DNA of 64,000 nt. It comes from Welwitschia mirabilis. Lineage: Eukaryota. This document shows positions 52,501 through 64,000 of the stretch, piece by piece; the first letter of the stretch is position 1; each line of letters opens with the position of its first letter. The notes below the pieces were generated by a model, which saw nothing but the letters and a program-made list of their open reading frames with translations, searched no databases and was not told the origin of the DNA. Location: assembly GCA_051453625.1 (NCBI GenBank), contig JBOZIK010000001.1, positions 47,009,378 to 47,073,377 on the forward strand. Direction: 5' to 3'. The position numbers and the translations under genes are program-made.

Positions 52501-55500
52501 CTTATGTAATGATCTCTAGAATCTTCAACTCTTTACGATATCGTTTTTGCATCATTTCTTTAGTCCATCATTATTAGAGCTAGTCACAATCATCTTTCTC
52601 ATCATTAAAAGATGTTTCAAAAGTGTCAAAATAATCACAAATCCACCATTTTCATGATCATCCAATCAAGTACGTAAAATGTAACAAAATACATTTAAGT
52701 GTAGCATACAGTGTCAAGAACCAAATGAAATTATGATAGATTTACTGAATTTTGGTCAAAAGACGAGCATCATCACTATGGTTCCTATTCGTGTATTCAA
52801 GCCACACTTAGGTGCAAGCTTCAATGCCTTAGGTATGAATCATAGATTAGACATTGACAAGTTAAATCCTAAATAGGCAGGGGCTACATAACCAAACAAA
52901 CTAATGACCTTGGAGAATGTGGGATTACTTCCTCTGAATTAACTTAATTAAAAAATAAATAAATAATTTTAATTCTTAATAGAGTATTTGTAATGTCATT
53001 TACAAGTTTAGCTTCTCATCATTGAATATAGACTTTATTAGTTTCGTATTAAGTATCTATCATATATCTTAAATGTTATACTACCTAGAAAAGCTTATAA
53101 AGAGTGAAGATGATAATCCATACCCTCTAGTGTAAAGTATGCCTAAAAGAATCATAAAAACATTCACATTTTAAGAAGACCACTTAAGCATCATTACAAC
53201 CTTTTACTTCAAATAAAAAATAAAAACATATCTATACAACTTGTCCCCATTAAAGCACAGAGACATTTACTTGTCTAGTCTTAAACCTCTTCTTGGGTAT
53301 ACCCTACTATTGGCCATGCAACAAGCTTCACCAATAGCTGTGCCATTGCCTATGAACACTTTACTCACTTTAGCTAGCATTGCAAAGCGTAGTAAAACCA
53401 AGGAAAGTCTTGCATTTGTGAAGAGGTACCCTACTTTTGACTGAAGAGGGAGGCACACATCTGTTACAAGGTTGCCATCATGTCTTCAAGCATGTGGTCA
53501 TTGTCTGTCTATACAAACATGCAAGCAAGGAGATGTGTGATGTGTCGCATTATGATTGGGTGATAACGACCAAGACATGCTTGAACACGTGGACCCTCCA
53601 CATGTTAAAGGCAAAGACATGCATAGAACAAGTCTTGAGGGGATTTTGTAGGCACGAGGCATGAGAAACTGTGTTGATAATGTATATCTTTAAAGAAGAG
53701 TACAAAAACAAGGAATATGAAATTCGGTAGGAAGAGCTAACAAAAGTGGGATACGCATTACAAGCCTCGTATGATTCTTTTTGGAAAGTAAACGAAACGC
53801 AGGAAAAGGGGGTAGACAAAGACTTCCACCACTGTCTCGTAACCATGGCCCACCACCCCATGTGTGAGAGGTGAAACGTCATGTTTGTCTCTCTCCACCC
53901 GCGCTCTTACGTTTCGTCCTCCCTTTATCAATTTACTTATAAGTTCGTGCATTTAATGGAGTATTTTAATCAAAGGGCTATGGCGTTTTCCATGGTTGGG
54001 TAAGATTTATAACCCCTCACTGTTAATCTACTTTTTGGCCAATGGTGAGCACTCCACCGTCCATGGAGACCATTAATGGGGTAATTCTACTTTCGATTTT
54101 CAAATAAATAAGTTGTAGAGGTTATCATTTACTTTGAAAAGCAGAGGCCAGCAGCCGACCACTTGTCTTTTGCATAAACATTTAATTAAGAAGCATCTAC
54201 CTGCTAATTAAAGAGATCCATGCCATGGATTAGTGGTTTCCTCTGAGTGTTTTGAGATTCCTTAATTTAAAAGTTTGCTTGTTATATAATATACTTTAGA
54301 TGTAAAATTTACTTATTGTTGCCTTTTTCTTCTCCTTTTAGTATTTGTATTTTTAAGTTTTTTGAGGGAAACTTTTTTCTTTTTTATTTTTCAAGATGTT
54401 AACCCAATAAGGAAATTTATGATAAACATTTAAAGAATACAATGCAATGAAACTTTAATGAAATGGTTTTGGTGCTTATAGAATCTAAAGGTTTTAATAG
54501 GTTGGTATTTTCCTTCTTTCCCATAAGGAAGGATTACCCCCCTAGTAATAGCTAGAACTATGTTAAGTCATTGTAAGAAAAAAAAGATATTGTTATTTGT
54601 TTAAAAAGTCTAATAACAACTACATTAACATGCCTAACTAAAACCCTTTAGGTAGTCATTTTTTAAAAAGTTAATTAATAGAAAATCATAAATAAAAACC
54701 TATATGATTATTAAATTAGAAGCTAACCACCAAGCATCTAGGTTTTGCTTACTTACCACTTTTAAAAATGGATCAAACTTGTTGGGTTTCAAAACCACAA
54801 CTTAATGGATTAGGCTCTATATAATTTGGCTTTAACAAATGAATGTTTACATTTGCATGTTAAACTATCAAATGTAGAATTAACATTAATATCAAAGTTA
54901 CATACTCAACTACAAAAAGAAAACGTTGCTCAAAGGAAAGAAAAAGTTGAGGCTTATTAGATTTTAACCTGTAAGCACTTAAATGAAATATGTATCTAAG
55001 TGATGTACGAAAGTTCCAAGCTATTATAAGTTCTAAATGTGTGTTCAAGTAATAGTAACTTGTACTAATTAAACCTTATGTCACCATCATCATTATTATT
55101 ATAATAAACATAGGAACAAACATTGTGATCAATATCAAACTATATATTTTTTCTCCAAAAGAAGGTAATATTTATAATGTAGTAATAAATTGTGTTTCAC
55201 TTGTCTTAATTTCTTTCTATGCATAAAAGTTTGATGTGTTTTAAATATATTTTCGTAATTCCATAGAAAGGATTGACTTCATTTTCAGATCTCTCTTCCT
55301 TGAATGAAATTGTATATTGTTATAATGAACACAACTCTTGTTGGTTATATTCATTAAAAATTTTCTCTTCTTACCTCTTATATAATGTAACATATAATTA
55401 TAAATATTTTAAGAGTTTTCACTATTATGGGATGTAGATATAAAACAAAGTCTACATCTTATGGTAGTTTTAAAGTCATTTGATATTATGAAGAAATAAT

Positions 55501-55679
55501 TCTAAACTAAATTGTTTTAAGAAGTAAACATGTGTATATAATAAGAATGACAATGAGATATAAAATATTACTTGTATATTTCCTCAAGGTTACATTTAGA
55601 ACTATGAAATAAAAAGAAAAAACATGAATAAGAAAAATCATGAGGGTTGTAAAACCCAAAACTCAGATAGCCATACCTT

Positions 55680-55860
55680 CTTTTAAAAGTACAACACCAC
55701 AATTGCTCAAATGATTGATTTAATTATTCCTATGGCCTTATATTATGTAAAGGCATCCAAAAGTTCAAACCCCCAACCTCATAAAGGCAGGACAGGGTTG
55801 AGGGGGGAGGGTGGAAAGAAAGGGGCTTTATCCCACTAATTAGACCACTACCCCTTTGGC
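55680..55860 (-). mobile_element. Possible tRNA-derived SINE-like repeat; partial second copy at ~56310-56415
   Basis: The minus strand shows A-box-like TGGTCTAATTAGTGG and B-box-like GGGTTTGAACTT. The body (CACCACAATTGC...ATTGATTTAATTAT...GGCCTTAT...GTTCAAAC...CAACCTC on +) recurs ~630 bp downstream. Confidence 0.35.
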
Positions 55861-57336
55861 ATATGTATAAGAAAGATAGCTTCATAAGTAAAATTTTCAT
55901 ATGCTTAACTGTCATAAAAAATCAATAATATTATTATTAGATAATTTTTTGGTAAATAGGGATTAGCTTTATTCAAATAACTATTGGTTTTTATATCCTT
56001 ATGCTCTTATGTGTATCTTTGTAAACTCAAAATGTCTTGCATAGTAACAATATCATCAAGAAAATTTTATGGCAAATACACTTATGTCACTAAATTCATC
56101 CTATACTAGTAACATTCAAGCATAAAATTCAAATGGGTTATTTAAGAAACTATATATGTAGTAAGAACATTCCATATTAAACTTTTATTATCTAAGATAA
56201 TGTCAAGTTAATGATTTCTTAAGCAATATATTTTCATACATTTGAATTAAAACAAAGAATTTATTTAGGGGAGGAATATTAAAGCTTTTTAGTGACCACA
56301 CCTCTTTCCCTCAAAACTAAAACCACCACAATTGCCCAAACAATTGATTTAATTATACCATGGGCCTTATAGCATGCCAAACAAAATATCTAATTGTTCA
56401 AACTTGCAACCTCCTACATGGAAGTTGAGTGTCCCATTAGTTTGTTTGCTACCACATTAACAAAATAATTTATTTAGTGAAATAGATACTTTTAGATATA
56501 GTATAACATTATAAAACCTTTTAGTAATTTTTGGATTTCCTAAAATGAAACTGCAACTAATATTTAATTACATCTAGAAAAAGCCCCAAAGAATCTATTA
56601 GATAGTTTGAGTGTACATTTCAAGGATCCCAAGGATTGATTGAAGAAAGTGTCCTAACATATCAGCTGGTGGTTGGAAGAAGTGTTACAAGTTACACATT
56701 GAATTATTCCATTTGGATTCACATGATAATTATAAAAGGCAATAAACAAGAACATGTTCCTTATTTTCAACAAAATTTAATAATAATGTTGTAGTTACAA
56801 TCTTCTCAGGGAATGTTGTCAATTCTTAAGTGATGAAAGCTCAGTCTGAACATGTTGATCAGTATAATAATGAGACACCTACAGCTTAATGAAGATTGCA
56901 TAGATATATTTTAGTATTATGCATGCCACTCTTGCAAATAAATATGGTAGAATTATAGTAATTTTATTTCCAAAATCATAAGGAAAAGATCACTAGTTTC
57001 ATGACATTTTTAGATATACAACTCTCTTCAAGTAGATGCCATAAAAGTGCATGATGAGAATTTCATTCTTTAGTTCTTTCAATTAAGTTTTGTGTTTTAC
57101 TATTTAATTCTTTTTGTTATTTTCATTTTTTTATACATTAAAAGCATTATAATTACGAGACAAAGAAGATCAAAGATGAAAGGATTAAAAAAAGAAAGAA
57201 AAACATTAAGTCCTTTATGCTATTTAGTATGCTACATTTTTTTCTATATCTACTTAACTATTCTTCCAATCACTATCATAGTCTAAACTAAAGATTTAAT
57301 TACATTCTAGAACTATAGTGACCACTATCACTAAAA

Positions 57337-57808
57337 CAAATGAATATGTTGGCCTCACGGAATGCTAAGCAAGGTAGTTAAAAGTTAGAACCCAAAACCT
57401 CTTAAATGAAAGACTAGTGGCATTGGAACCTACAAAGCAACTAAGATCTTTCAAACAAAATAGAATGCTAAGCAAGTATCTAAAGTTTAGAAAGCAGAAC
57501 CTCATAAATGAAAGACTGATGGCATTGAAACCCATGAGTATAGAGACTACAATCTCTCAAACAAATGAATAGTTTGGTCTCACTAGTGATTAGAATCCAC
57601 AACCTCTTAAATGAAAGACTAGTGGCATTGGAACCCACAAGGCGCAAGTATCTAAAAGTTAGAACGCAAAACCTCTGAAATGAAAGAATGATGGTGTTCA
57701 AATCCATAGGTATACAGACTACAATCTCTCAAACAAATGAATAAGTTGGTTTTGTTAGTGAGATTGGAATCCACAACCTCTTAAATGAAAGACTGATAGC
57801 ATTAGACT
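57337..57808. repeat. Irregular tandem repeat, five copies of the core AACCTCTTAAATGAAAGACTAGTGGCATTGGAACC
   Basis: Cores at ~57397, 57499, 57601, 57670 and 57775 with shared linker segments. Confidence 0.85.
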
Positions 57809-59444
57809 AAACATATAGAAGCATGTGTTAAGACATAGGCACATGAAAGGTGGGCTCATGCATGAACAACGTATTAACCTAAAAGACACCCAGCAATGAG
57901 GGAGGAACAAGATTCCATCAGCAATTGAAAANNNNNNNNNNNNCCTAAAATAAGCCTCTCATTCAAGAGCCCATGGCTGCTCCGTGACAACAGACGTAAA
58001 TGTGAGTGTTAACGCCTTTCACTTGTTGCATTTCTTTCAGATTTCCAAATCCAACCAACCCAAGAAAACGAGTGTTCGGTCTCCGAATCAGAACAAAGGC
58101 GCCTGCGAGTCATGTCAAATACCATTTGCTTTAAATGGCAAAACGGGAGGGCAAGCGGATCCAAGTACATGTGGTACAGTTATTCGCAGGCCGCTTAATT
58201 GCCGTCCACCATCGAGACGCAATTTCAGACGGCAGAGATTCTCTTAATGCAAATAGGGACTCCCTCAGTACCGCCTTAACAGAGGCATCTATCTAACGCG
58301 CTTTATTTTGACTGAAAGCTCTGCGTATTCAAAGTGCAAGCCATTATTAAACAGGCAAACTACTTTTCCAATCACAGGTTTGGATGCCATATTTCCTCAT
58401 TATGGAATGCCCGATTTGTTAAGCAAGCAACTTGACTTCCCGCAGATTGTAAAATTGTTATCTGTGGCAGCGGGGAGGGAATGAATCAGAGCACCTGCTG
58501 CCTATGACCGCAAGATTCCAGTGGGATTGGCATTTGCGATATCCTCTTCGAAAAAGCACCCAAATCGGACAATGCCGTCCACTTGAGTATTTTATGCCGG
58601 TCCGTCCGTACCGCGTACGCCAGCCCTTCGCGGCCTTCAATACGGTTTCGCGACGTGGTTTTCAGGGGCAGTGACAGTCAGCCACCGTCACGACACTTGA
58701 TGGCGACGTGACTGCGTTGAAGTGGATGCAAAAGATGTTGTGTTGGTTGTCAACGTTTTCCGGCACGCAGTGATGGGTGGTTTCCCGAGCAGCATTAAAG
58801 GAATGTCAGGTGAGACGGGCAACTGTTCGGCTGTGGTTTGCCCTCAGGTTCCTGTATCTGCAGAATCTTCATTTTTTTTAATGCGTCTCTGCTAAACGAA
58901 GTGGTCGACTGACTGTCATTGCCGTTTATCTCTTTCTGATTTAAATAAAAAGGCGTTTGCCCTTGACGGATCTCGGATATGTCCTAGTGGGGTGCCCTCG
59001 GACTGTGACTCCTGTCTGATTTTTAAGATAATATTATAGAGATACAAAGTAAAGGCGAGAGCAAGAAGGTTCTGCGTTTCTGACTCAGCCGCGCACTAAT
59101 CCTGTAAATAAATCGAATTGCGAGATGAGGGTGAAGGAGCAATTCAGAGATTAGCGGAGAATGTTGGGTCATGTTGATTGTCGACGATGATGATGCATGC
59201 GTTGAGTTTCCTCAAATTCCTGCTGTAGAGAAAAGAATTCGTACAGAGGCCGTGCACTAGGACGCTTCTTTCATTATCTCTCTCACTGTGCTGGATATTT
59301 TAATCGTTTTTTAGCTTTCTGGTTTGCGTGCTCGACGGCATTCCACTTCCACTTCCACGGTCTTCCTTATTTCAGTTTGGCTGATAACAACCGCGGATGC
59401 CGCACCATTGACACCTTCTGGAGCATCTTATCGTGTGTCATTGC

Positions 59445-59451
59445 TATATAA
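59445..59451 (+). promoter_or_regulatory. Probable TATA box of the ALMT gene
   Basis: TATATAA (context CTATATAA) about 70 bp upstream of the ATG at 59520. Confidence 0.55.
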
Positions 59452-59519
59452 CCACGCCTTCCCTGCCCAAAACTCTCATTCGGTCCCCCCATCCAATCGC
59501 GTTTGGGTGGACTTTCGCA

Positions 59520-61733
59520 ATGGCTATGGCTATGGCCGCTTCCACTGCAACTTCTAGTGCTGTATCTCCATCTCCCCCTACCACCAAGAACGTCCACAAC
59601 AATAGCAACAAAAACAACATCGAATGGAAGATCAACGTTCCAGAGGACGCCTCTATTAAGATCATCCCTCTTAGAAAACCAAAGATTGTGACTGTAATGG
59701 ACTCTGCTAAGAAATGGGTGTTGGGTCTGTTGCAGATGCTGTGGAAACTGGGCACAGATGATCCAAGAAGGATCTATCACTCAATCAAAGTCGGCGTTGC
59801 CCTGACGCTCGTCTCGCTCTTTTATTTCATGCACCCGCTGTATGTCAGCGTGGGAGGCATGGCTACCTGGGCTGTGATGACCGTCGTTGTGATCTTTGAA
59901 TTCACTGCCGGTAAATGTTCTCGCGACTTCAATCCGTGTTCATGTTTCGATCCTCGCCAATCATCAATTTAGCGGCAAAGCAATTCGTAATCTAAACCTT
60001 TGTTGTTTGCACTCAGGCGGTACTTTGAGTAAAGGATTGAACAGAATGGCTGCCACTCTGTTGGGCGGTCTGTTAGCTGTAGCGACCAATTTTGTTGCAG
60101 ATGTCGCAGGCCGAAGGAAGGAGCTGGCTGAGCCTGTTCTGCTTGGCGTAGGAGTCTTCATCGTTGGTAAGAAACTCGTTACTTGGCATACTCTTTGTCC
60201 GTTCGTGGGTTGTCGTTGGAGATTTGCTAAAAACATTAAATGCATCGTTATTGGGTATGAAATGCGCAGGCGCAGCGGCAACCTTTGTTCGCTTTGTGCC
60301 GAAGATGAAACAACGGTACGATTATGGGGTACTGATATTCATATTGACGTACAGCTTCATGACGGTTTCCGGTTTCAGAGAGCAGAAGCTGTTTGCGATG
60401 GCGTGTCAGCGTCTTGCCACCATCATCATCGGCTGCGTTCTGTGCATAATCGTCAGTATCGTCTTCTGCCCCATCTGGGCCGGCGAAGATCTCCATTTTC
60501 TTCTCATTAACAACACGAAATCCCTCGCCTTCTCCCTCGAGGGTGCGTAAAGTCGTAAACCAATTCCTTAATTTAATTAACAAATGCAAACGCAGGTGAT
60601 TACTTCTCGTTCTATTGGAATTACATTAAATTACATGCGTCCCAAACGTGGTCTCACAGGCTGCGTTGCTCAATACTTTGCTGAGGAGGAGGAAGAAACT
60701 CTGGATGAAGAGACAGAGAAGGCCTGCAACGGCTACAAATGTGTGCTTAACTCGAAGGCCTCCGAGGAATCACTGGTGTGTCTGCTGCCCTTCATTCGTT
60801 ATAATTTTGTTCGCAGGACGGTCTCTGATGCACCCCTTTCAATTGTCAAATCGGCAGGCAAATTTTGCAAGATGGGAACCACCACACGGCAAATTCAGTT
60901 TCAGATACCCATGGAAGCAATACGTCAAGATTGGAGCAAGGTTACGCTACTGTGCTTACTGTGTCGAGGCTCTCAACGGCTGCCTCAATTCCGAGATCCA
61001 GGTTCGTAGTATTTACTTGGACATGGACCCCTTTGGCACAATAGCTAAAAAGCAAGAGCAACAGAAGCTTTTTAACTCGCTTTCGCTTTGCGCTATAATA
61101 TATTTGCAGACTCCACGCTTTTTGAGAGAACAGCTGAAGGCACCATGCATGAGCATAGCGGCAGAGTCGTGCAGGGTTCTGTTAGATCTGTCAGAATGCC
61201 TTCGCAGCATGAGCACTTGCCCGGAGCCACGCCTTATGATGGCCCGCGTCAACAAGGCCGCTCAGTCTCTTCACAACTGCTTGGCTTCGCAACGGGATCT
61301 GCTCCTAGGCAGCAGCAACAGGTGGAAGCTCGAAAACCCCGAAACTAAAACATCTGACCACAAAACCTCTCCCAACAACACAAACGCAGAATCGATGGGA
61401 GGTCGGGTGACGGTAACGATGGCGTTCATGGACACGCTTCCTTTGGCCACTGTTGCGTGTCTTCTTACTGAGATCGTTGCCAGACTCGAAACCGTCGTCG
61501 TCGAAGTCCACGAACTCGGTAGACGCGCTTCATTCGCAAAGCTTCTCGTCGATTCTCATCATAAAACCCAGCGAGTCCATAACAATCCCATTTCCAGCAT
61601 GAATACGAATTCCAGTGTTTCTGAAACCGCTGCACGCTCTCATTCGAACGCTCCAACGATCGGTGAGGCGAACACGACAACAAGCGCGACAGTTACAGCC
61701 CACCGACAACACGACGCCAACATCTCCTCCTGA
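59520..61733 (+). CDS. ALMT: Aluminium-activated malate transporter family anion channel, 565 aa; exons 59520-59910, 60017-60166, 60270-60542, 60660-60775, 60858-61001, 61110-61733
   Basis: All five introns are GT-AG with compatible phases (1,1,1,0,0), and the spliced length is 1698 nt. Family motifs: [92 protein letters not shown] and [10 protein letters not shown]. Clade or ortholog not assigned. Confidence 0.95.
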
Positions 61734-61909
61734 GTGCCCACATTTCTCCAAAATTCCTCACACGCACACATACATTAACAGATTAAAGCAAAGTATAGGC
61801 TACTGTGATCTGAGGGCTTCGGAGCACTCCCAAACACTTCTATGTTCAGGAAAACTATTCCTAATCTGCTACTTATTACTAAATCTACTTTAATTCATCA
61901 GTACCCAAT

Positions 61910-61957
61910 CATATATACATATATATAATACATATTTTGTATATATATGTATATATG
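61910..61957. repeat. Imperfect (AT)n microsatellite
   Basis: ATATATACATATATATAATACATATTTTGTATATATATGTATATATG. Confidence 0.7.
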
Positions 61958-63060
61958 TGGTGTGTGTGATTTTCCAGCTATAACCGAGAGCCCTTCCTGC
62001 AATTCCATCCACCTACTTATCTCCTGCACTTTCACCCAGCACATGAAGATGATGAAGAAAAAGAAAAGGAAAGGCATTCGCCATCCCAGAGGCGAGTGAA
62101 AGCTCCAGATGTTATCGTCAATAAAATGTGTGAATGACATCACGCTTGTTTGCTTTGTTTCTTTCTTATTCTGCTTTGCTTTCCGCACAGGCTACGGGCC
62201 GGCCACCGAAGGACTACAATTCTGCAACCCAACCCAGCCCAGCTCAGCCAAGTACAGTCTCACTTCTCCGAGCATTCATCCCAAAACGCCATTTCAAACG
62301 CGCAACGTAATCCTTTTCTTAAGGCAAGTATACGGACCGGCTCCAGTTTTGTTCTTCTCTGTTGTTTTAGTTGCCAACCTTGGCTGCAAGTGATTTCTGA
62401 AGAAAGTGTCGACACGGCAGATACAGAGACTGTAGAGACGCCAGTGACGGAAGATACCCATTGGAGAAACTTCCAGAAACGGTTAAAGCAATCCCACTGC
62501 AAAGTGAGCTTGCAGAGTTACTGCCCTCTGAAATATTAAAATCGTAGTCAAGTCGTAATAATAAATAAACAAAGAAACACGCGCGTCTGAGAATGGTTAC
62601 CATTGGAAAATATGTGCGGCCACTTGGAAAATCTTCTGAAAATCTTGTATATCAACTGATATAACGTTAATGGCTGAATTTGCTTTGCTCGAAGAAATCA
62701 TTGGTTTTGCATTCGACTAATTTGGTTCGACCACTTCTTTTCCACGCACTACCTAAGTTAAATCAAAATCCGCATCACCACTGATATCATTTGACCATTA
62801 TTAAAATATTAAATATATAAATATAAAATTCTCCTCATTGTTACATCATCCTTTTATTATGTATTTTTGATTCTTGTCCCGGAGGAGCTCCCTCACCAAT
62901 ATCAACTTTGATACTTAGAATATACTCAACTTTAGCCTTGCAAATAAAAACAATGTTGGATATACTGTAAATAGTAATTTGATATGAATGTTTTATCAAA
63001 AACTTCTATAATACATGTTTTATCAAAAACTTCTAAAATACATACAGTAGGGGATCTCCT

Positions 63061-63915
63061 TTGACAAGACAAGATTTAAGAAAACGACAAAGTACATCGT
63101 AAAAGTAATAATGCAAAATCTGTTTTGATCTTTTTGACAAGAAGATTTAAGAAAACAACAAAGTACATTAGTAAAGTAATAATGCAAAATTTACTTTTGA
63201 TCTTTCTTTGACAAGAAGATTTAAGAAAACAACAAAAGTAATAATGCAAAATTTACTTTTTAACATACTTCATAACAAGAATTGTTTTCCATTTCTAACT
63301 ATTATTTTTTAGTTAATTTTTAATTTATAATTTATATGGATAAGAATAATTAATTAAAAGTAACTTTATTAACCAAACTTGAAAATAACTAATCTTAAGA
63401 AGAGAACAAAATTTCCAATCTTAGAAATATGAGTCTTCTCTGATTTTGTTTTAGGTTTCTTTCTGTTTCTCCATTAACATAAATGACTACAAAATTTCCA
63501 ATCTTAGAAATATGAGTCTTCTCTTGATTTTGTTTTAGGTTATGCTTTATGTTTCTCCATTAACATAAATGATCATAAATTACAATATAAATTAACCTTG
63601 ATGCAAAAGTAAAGCCTGTAAACTAATATTGTAGTAGAACCTAATATTGTCATAGAATGTACTTCAAATTATAGAATTCATATTACTAATTCATGAGAGT
63701 AACCTTTTCATCAGTATTTTGAAATAGATATTAAAGGAGGAAAAGAAACTATGAAATAAAGAGAATTTTTTTTGCTCCTCTTGAATTAACTAATAATAAT
63801 TAAATAAACCTTTTCATCAGTAATTTGAAATAGATATTAAAGGAGGAAAAGAAACTATGAAATAAAGAGTAATTTTTTTGCTCCTCTTGAATTAACTAAT
63901 AATAATTAAATAATA
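63061..63915. repeat. Three adjacent short tandem duplications (~73 bp x3, ~82 bp x2, ~106 bp x2)
   Basis: TTGACAAGA..GATTTAAGAAAAC at ~63061, 63134 and 63207. CAAAATTTCCAATCTTAGAAATATGAG at ~63407 and 63490. AACCTTTTCATCAGTA..TTGAAATAGATATT at ~63701 and 63807. Confidence 0.9.
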
Positions 63916-64000
63916 ATTAAACCAATAAATGAAGATTATAAATCATCTTCCCATTAACAGATTCATGTTCCTCTTGAATGAAAGTAAATTGGGGAAATTC

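Noticed and set aside
59324-61893. Many overlapping alternate-frame and antisense ORFs across the ALMT gene
   Set aside because: These are expected shadows of a GC-rich coding region, with no recognisable products.

Overview
Plant nuclear DNA, probably a seed plant, from a gapped assembly. About 1-57,900 is a very AT-rich region of heavily C>T/G>A-decayed retroelements. In order it holds a Tekay/Del-type Gypsy element with gag only, an Athila-like pol remnant, and a minus-strand Sirevirus (Copia) with gag, protease and an env-like ORF but no IN/RT/RH. These are followed by a roughly 6 kb L1-type LINE, a Copia RT-RH remnant, a long Athila-type element whose downstream LTR is followed by a second PBS and gag, and a minus-strand Copia gag-PR-IN remnant. 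From about 57,950 the DNA becomes GC/CpG-rich and contains one intact six-exon gene for an aluminium-activated malate transporter (ALMT family, 59520-61733, +, 565 aa). The most unusual observation is a decayed DnaJ/J-domain-like reading frame inside the LINE, between its RNase H region and its poly(A) tail. All translations and alignments were done by eye, and boundaries of decayed elements are approximate.
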